Assembly: GCA_000092065.1 (NCBI GenBank)
Contig: CP000585.1
DNA: 64,000 nt
Source: Ostreococcus lucimarinus
Taxonomy: Eukaryota
Strand: one strand, 5' to 3'
The notes under the pieces are model-generated. The model worked only from the letters and a program-made list of their open reading frames with translations. It ran no database searches and was not told where the DNA came from. This document shows positions 59,591 to 64,000 of the stretch, one piece after another. A program made the position numbers and the translations under genes. Positions within the stretch are counted from its first letter, which is position 1, and each line of letters starts with the position of its first letter.

Positions 59591-60767
59591 ATGTCGGCGG
59601 TGGAGACGACGACGAACACCGGGCTCCCGATTCGGATGCCGAACGACGCGCGCGGCGCGACGCACGCGATCGATCCGCTGAGCGACGTGCACACGGCGGT
59701 GAAATCGGCGACGGGGACGAAGATCATCGCGCTGATCGACGTGAGCTCGAGGTTCGCGCTGCCGATCGCGCAAGCGGCGAAAGAGGTGCGGGCGAGATTA
59801 GATTTCCGGAGGATCGCGGCGCGGCGCGCGACGAGTTTCGAGAGACTGACGCGCGAATGGGTCGACGCGGAAACAGCTGGATGTGTGCGTGACGGTGCTC
59901 AAGTCAACGTGTCGCGCGTTCGGCATCATGCGATGGCCGTATCGAAAGATGCGAAAACTGAACACTATGATTAAGCAGCTCGAGCGGTCGGCGAGAAACG
60001 CCGCCGAGGAAAACATATTACATCATAGAATGAAGCGACTTGAAGCGTGTCGACGTGCGAGAGATTTGTTGGTGCTAGAAGCAGAGGCGAACGCACGGGC
60101 GCGAATCGGAAAACCCGCCTCGCAGCAGTCCGCCAAGGCGGAGATAGCGTCGACGGGCGCGCGCTACGATTCCAGCGGGCGACTGGGCAACTTTAAGGAT
60201 CCTGGATACGCTTTCGATACCGACCACAAGGGTTATGCGCTGCATGAGGCGATGCGGAAGATGATGGAGACTGAGGGGTTAGATACGATCGGTCGTTCTG
60301 GTCACGTGGATGTCGAATCTGACCCACTGAGCGAACTCGCCTCGCAGGTTACCGCCGTGCAAGAGCGTTTCGTGCGACGGCCAAATCGCAACAAAAGACA
60401 GCTACCAACCAGATGCCCGGAAGAGATGGCACTACATGAATTCGTCATGGGCAATCCGGGACTCGAGGCAATGGCTTCGTTGACCGCGCGATTGCGCCGG
60501 CAAAAGGAATCGAAGAAACAGACGTCTGAGCACGCCGACGACGCGGACGGCGAAGTCGACATCGATGGGGACGACGGGAAGCAAATTGCGTGGATCGTAA
60601 GCTCTCAAAGTCCAGCCTATACCGTCAATGTCCGTCCAAGTAACCCAACGGCGCGAATTCCAGACGTCTTGGTAGAGGAACGCTCTCGGCGAGAAGCCAC
60701 CTCTCCGCTCGAGCCCAGTCTAGCTCTGTTCCCGTTAAATGTGTCAGCAATCCACAGTGCGGCTTGA
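59591..60767 (+). CDS. RWP-RK domain transcription factor (MID/NLP/RKD family), 2 exons with the RWP-RK domain split by an intron
   Basis: Exon 1 59591..59785 ends ...IIALIDVSSRFALPIAQAAKE (donor GTGCGG). Exon 2 59877..60767 (acceptor aacAG) begins LDVCVTVLKSTCRAFGIMRWPYRKMRKL. Joined, they give the canonical RWP-RK core (compare [36 protein letters not shown]). The two halves lie in different frames in the ORF track. Confidence 0.7.
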
Positions 60768-60994
60768 CACTTGTTACTCAGTATTGCATTATTGTAGAAC
60801 CGCTTAGTATTTTATGTTATATTTATGTACCACGCGAAGTAACTCCCCTTTGCCGCGTATGCCTAGCGAGCGTGCTATCCGCAGTCGCGAAAGGGTCCAA
60901 ACCCTTCGCCGCCACCGCGCGTTCTCAGACGTCCGCGCGCGACCTCTCACGAGCCAAAGAGTGAACCGCGCGAAAGGTCACCGAGTTAGTCGCC

Positions 60995-63900
60995 ATGGGT
61001 AAGACTCCGGCGCAAGAGAACCGCCTGCGCGCGAAGAAGCAAGGGATGTCTCACGAAGACGTCAAAAAAGAGCAAGCCGCCGACGCGCGAAAGATCAAGG
61101 ATCTCGCGAACAAAGACGCGACGTTCGGGATGACGAAAGGAGCGGCGATGAATCGTAAGCATGAAGTTGCCATGCAACGGTTGCGGGACATGAATGACCC
61201 GACGACGGAACTCGGGAAAGCGACGCTCAGGGCGGCGAAGAAGAAGGCCAAGGAGCAGCAAGAGTTTTTGTTGCGAACGAAGGGCATAGACGTGAAACAA
61301 CCGGAATTACAGCCAGGAGTGGACCCGAAGACGGTGCTTTGCGAGTTTTTCAAGCACGGTTGCTGCGCGAAGACGGCGGATAAGTGCAAGTACTCGCACC
61401 AGTTGGATATCGCGACGCGGCAGCAGAAGCGAAGCGCGTTCGAGTTGCCGAGCGAGGACTCCATCGAGATGTGGGATCAGAAAAAGCTCGAAGCTGTCAT
61501 CGCGCGAAAGCACGGGCAGGAAGCGAACACAAACAATGAAACGACGATCGTGTGTAAGCATTTCTTGGATGCGGTTGAGAAGAAGCTTTATGGATGGTTT
61601 TGGCACTGCCCGGGCGGTGCGGACTGCAAGTACAAGCATAAGCTGCCGCCGGGTTTCGTGTTCAAGAGCGAGCTTCGCGAGAGATTGCTCGAAGAAGCTC
61701 GCGCGAGAAAGACCGACCAAGACATTCTACGCGAGAAACTGATCGCGCTGAAGAAGAGCGGGAAGAACACGACGCCGATGACGCTGGATGTGTATTTGGA
61801 GTGGAAGAAAGAGCGCGTCGACAAGATCAAAGCCACTGTGGAGGCTTCGAGGGAGGAGCGCATCAAGAACAACTTGCTCACGGGGCGTGAGATTATTGAA
61901 CAACAGCAGGGTGGAGTCGAGGCGGCGGTCGATGCCGGTGCGAGCGCCGGAGATGACGAAATTGCTCGATTGATGAAGGCGCGCAGAGAGGCGGACGACG
62001 AGGCAGAGCGCAAAGCCGCTGAAGAAGCTGCTGAAAACCTTGCTCGCGCGAAGAACTTGGGTGATCTTTACAACATAGAGATGTTGCCAGATGAGACCGA
62101 CGACTTCGCTGATCTTGAAGAGGAAGAAGACAACTTCGAACCGCCCGAGGGCTGGACTCCAGACGCTGTCGCTCCGGGTGGCGACGGTGGTCAAGACGAA
62201 GCCGCAGCAGTGGAATCGGCGGAACAACCGGATATCAACGAAAAGAAGGCTCGTCGAGAAGCCGAACTCAAGGCTATGGAAGAGGAGGGCATCAAGCTCG
62301 TGCAAAAGACGACGAGAAAGGACAAAGAGGAAGAGCTATTCAAGCCCGCGGTTGAGATCCCGGACGAGGCGTTGGGCGACGGCGAGATGGATCCGAAGAA
62401 GCTCGGTGAAATGATTGCGGCGAAGCGTGCAGCCGAAGAAGCTGAGCGAACGAAACATCTTGCCGATATGGCGGAGGAAAGGGAGCGAAAAGACGCCGCT
62501 AAGGCGGCAAAGAAGGCCGAACGGGAAGCCGCACGAGCGGCGAAGAAGAAGAAGAAGAAGGGTGACGACGAAAATGACGACGTGACGACCATCGAGGCAG
62601 CCCTTGGCAACGTTGAGCTCGAAGAGACTGGAACATCGATGAAACGCATGTCTACTGGTGTGTTGGCGTCTCGTCCCACCGCACGTGATATCAAGATTAT
62701 CAACTTCTCCATGGGTATGGGTGGTCGCGAGCTCATCAAAGACTGCGACATCGAAATCACAATCGGAAGAAGATACGGTTTACTCGGTCAGAATGGCTGC
62801 GGTAAAACAAACTTTCTCGAGTGCTTGGCTCGCCGAGAAGTCCCAATCCCGGATCACATTGATTTGTATCACTTGCGTGAAGAAGCTCTTCCGAGCGAAC
62901 GATCGGCGATTCAAACCGTCATCGATGAAGTTCAAGCTGAGATGGAACGTCTTAACAAGTTTGAACTGCACATTCTCGAAACTACCGGCCCAGATGACGA
63001 ACGTTTGGAGCTTATTTACGACCGACTAGAAGAGATCGATCCTACTACGTTCGAAGCGCGTGCATCTGAGCTTTTGCACTCTCTCGGTTTCTCCCAAACC
63101 ATGATTCATCGCCCAACGGCGGACATGTCTGGCGGCTGGCGGATGCGTGTCGCGCTTGCCAAGGCGTTGTTTGCCCAGCCCACTCTTTTGCTGTTGGACG
63201 AGCCAACGAATCACTTGGATCTCGAAGCGTGCGTGTGGCTCGAACACTACTTGGGACAGTACAAAAAGTGTCTCATAATCGTTTCTCACTCGCAAGATTT
63301 CTTGAATGGCGTCTGTACGCACATCATTTGGTTGACGCAGCAAAAGCTTACATACTACACCGGTAACTACGATACATTCCAGAAAACCGTGAACGAGAAC
63401 AACATCGTGCAGCAAAAGAAGTACGAAAAGGAGCAAGCTGACATCGCGCACTTGCAAGAATTCATCCGCTCGTGTGGTACGTACTCGAACATGCGCAAAC
63501 AAGCCGAATCGAAGCAAAAAATTATCGACAAGATGATGGCCGCAGGTCTCACACCGCCGGTCGCCAAAGAGCACGATTTCAAGTTCGACTTCCCCGAGTG
63601 TCAAAAAGTTCCGCCTCCCGTGCTTCCGTTCGCGAACGTGTCGTTCTCGTACAATGGTAAGAAGGAGGACTACTTGTACGAAGGGTTGGAGCTCGGCGTC
63701 GATTGCGACAGTCGTATTGCGTTGGTGGGCCCGAATGGTGCCGGTAAATCCACTCTTTTAAAGCTCATGACTGGCGAACTTTCGCCGAGTGTGGGTACGG
63801 TCGATAGACACCCGGGTCTGAGCATCGGTAAGTATCATCAGCACTCAGTCGATGTGCTTAACAAGGCGATGACCCCGCTGGAATTTTTCATGGCTGAATA

Positions 63901-64000
63901 TCCCAATAACCTCAAATTCAAGCGTGAGATGGAAGAGTGGCGTGCATACTTGGGGCGCTACGGCGTCAGCGGGCGCATGCAAACGCAGAAAATTGGCGAG
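60995..64000 (+). CDS. ZC3H15/DFRP1 (Tma46-like CCCH zinc-finger, DRG-binding) fused in-frame to an ABCF2/Arb1-type ABC-F ATPase; 3' partial (runs off the window)
   Basis: ATG 60995 after an in-frame TGA at 60962. I translated 1002 codons to position 64000 without a stop; the ORF track omits it because no stop lies in the window. The first ~330 aa are ZC3H15: two CCCH fingers (CEFFKHGCCAKTADKCKYSH; CKHFLDAVEKKLYGWFWHCPGGADCKYKH) and a DFRP region (TLDVYLEWKKERVDKIKA...). After a K/E-rich linker the frame is near-identical to ABCF2: STGVLASRPTARDIKIINFSMGMGGRELIKDCDIEITIGRRYGLLGQNGCGKTNFLECLARREVPIPDHIDLYHL; signature MSGGWRMRVALAKALFAQPTLLLLDEPTNHLDL; second NBD Walker A LVGPNGAGKSTLLKLMTGEL. 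Confidence 0.7.
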   Translation, partial: MGKTPAQENRLRAKKQGMSHEDVKKEQAADARKIKDLANKDATFGMTKGAAMNRKHEVAMQRLRDMNDPTTELGKATLRAAKKKAKEQQEFLLRTKGIDVKQPELQPGVDPKTVLCEFFKHGCCAKTADKCKYSHQLDIATRQQKRSAFELPSEDSIEMWDQKKLEAVIARKHGQEANTNNETTIVCKHFLDAVEKKLYGWFWHCPGGADCKYKHKLPPGFVFKSELRERLLEEARARKTDQDILREKLIALKKSGKNTTPMTLDVYLEWKKERVDKIKATVEASREERIKNNLLTGREIIEQQQGGVEAAVDAGASAGDDEIARLMKARREADDEAERKAAEEAAENLARAKNLGDLYNIEMLPDETDDFADLEEEEDNFEPPEGWTPDAVAPGGDGGQDEAAAVESAEQPDINEKKARREAELKAMEEEGIKLVQKTTRKDKEEELFKPAVEIPDEALGDGEMDPKKLGEMIAAKRAAEEAERTKHLADMAEERERKDAAKAAKKAEREAARAAKKKKKKGDDENDDVTTIEAALGNVELEETGTSMKRMSTGVLASRPTARDIKIINFSMGMGGRELIKDCDIEITIGRRYGLLGQNGCGKTNFLECLARREVPIPDHIDLYHLREEALPSERSAIQTVIDEVQAEMERLNKFELHILETTGPDDERLELIYDRLEEIDPTTFEARASELLHSLGFSQTMIHRPTADMSGGWRMRVALAKALFAQPTLLLLDEPTNHLDLEACVWLEHYLGQYKKCLIIVSHSQDFLNGVCTHIIWLTQQKLTYYTGNYDTFQKTVNENNIVQQKKYEKEQADIAHLQEFIRSCGTYSNMRKQAESKQKIIDKMMAAGLTPPVAKEHDFKFDFPECQKVPPPVLPFANVSFSYNGKKEDYLYEGLELGVDCDSRIALVGPNGAGKSTLLKLMTGELSPSVGTVDRHPGLSIGKYHQHSVDVLNKAMTPLEFFMAEYPNNLKFKREMEEWRAYLGRYGVSGRMQTQKIGE

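Noticed and set aside
1-64000. Prokaryotic feature classes (CRISPR arrays, operons, rho-independent terminators, RBS), rRNA and tRNA genes
   Set aside because: Spliceosomal introns, eukaryote-specific protein families (nucleoporin, eRF1, TRIP13, SGF29, DMAP1, Rab) and a monocistronic layout show this is eukaryotic nuclear DNA. No direct-repeat/spacer architecture and no cloverleaf-like segment found in the few AT-richer spacers inspected; a tRNA scan by software was not possible.

Overview
The window is GC-rich (coding roughly 50-65% GC, intergenic CG-dinucleotide-rich spacers often above 75%), very gene-dense, intron-poor eukaryotic nuclear DNA. It is not prokaryotic, so there are no CRISPR arrays, operons or rRNA genes, and no tRNA was recognisable by eye. 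About 35 protein-coding genes sit on both strands with spacers of 30-300 bp, as single long ORFs or with a few short introns (91-254 nt). Four genes need GT-AG introns to restore conserved protein sequence: a Rab GTPase, eRF1, SGF29 and an RWP-RK factor. Five of the six donors are GTGCGN.

The gene content points to a flagellated, plastid-bearing green-lineage protist, for example a Micromonas-like mamiellophyte; this is an inference, not a database hit. The pointers are RWP-RK, class II CPD photolyase, m-type thioredoxin, DUF2358/SnoaL-like, RH3/RH7-type DEAD-box helicase with GUCT, CFAP57, and TGTAA-type 3' signals. The ORF track uses alternative start codons (GTG/TTG shown as M) and omits ORFs that run off the window edge.

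Confident genes:
- FG-nucleoporin, 1803 aa
- CFAP57-like WD40/coiled-coil protein
- J-domain protein
- giant patatin-like phospholipase
- DEAD-box helicase
- inosine-uridine nucleoside hydrolase
- rhomboid protease
- DMAP1/SWC4 and SGF29, divergent
- thioredoxin
- GATA factor
- Tim17-family protein
- carnosine-N-methyltransferase-like protein
- MetX-type homoserine O-acetyltransferase
- Rab8/10-like GTPase
- eRF1
- TMEM18
- PDCD4-like MA3 protein
- parvulin
- class II photolyase
- TRIP13/PCH2

Most notable finds:
- An uninterrupted ORF of at least 1002 codons (60995 to the window end) fusing a full ZC3H15/DFRP1 (Tma46) module to an ABCF2/Arb1-type ABC-F ATPase.
- An RWP-RK gene whose DNA-binding domain is split by an intron, sitting next to TRIP13/PCH2.
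- A 17-nt microexon in eRF1.
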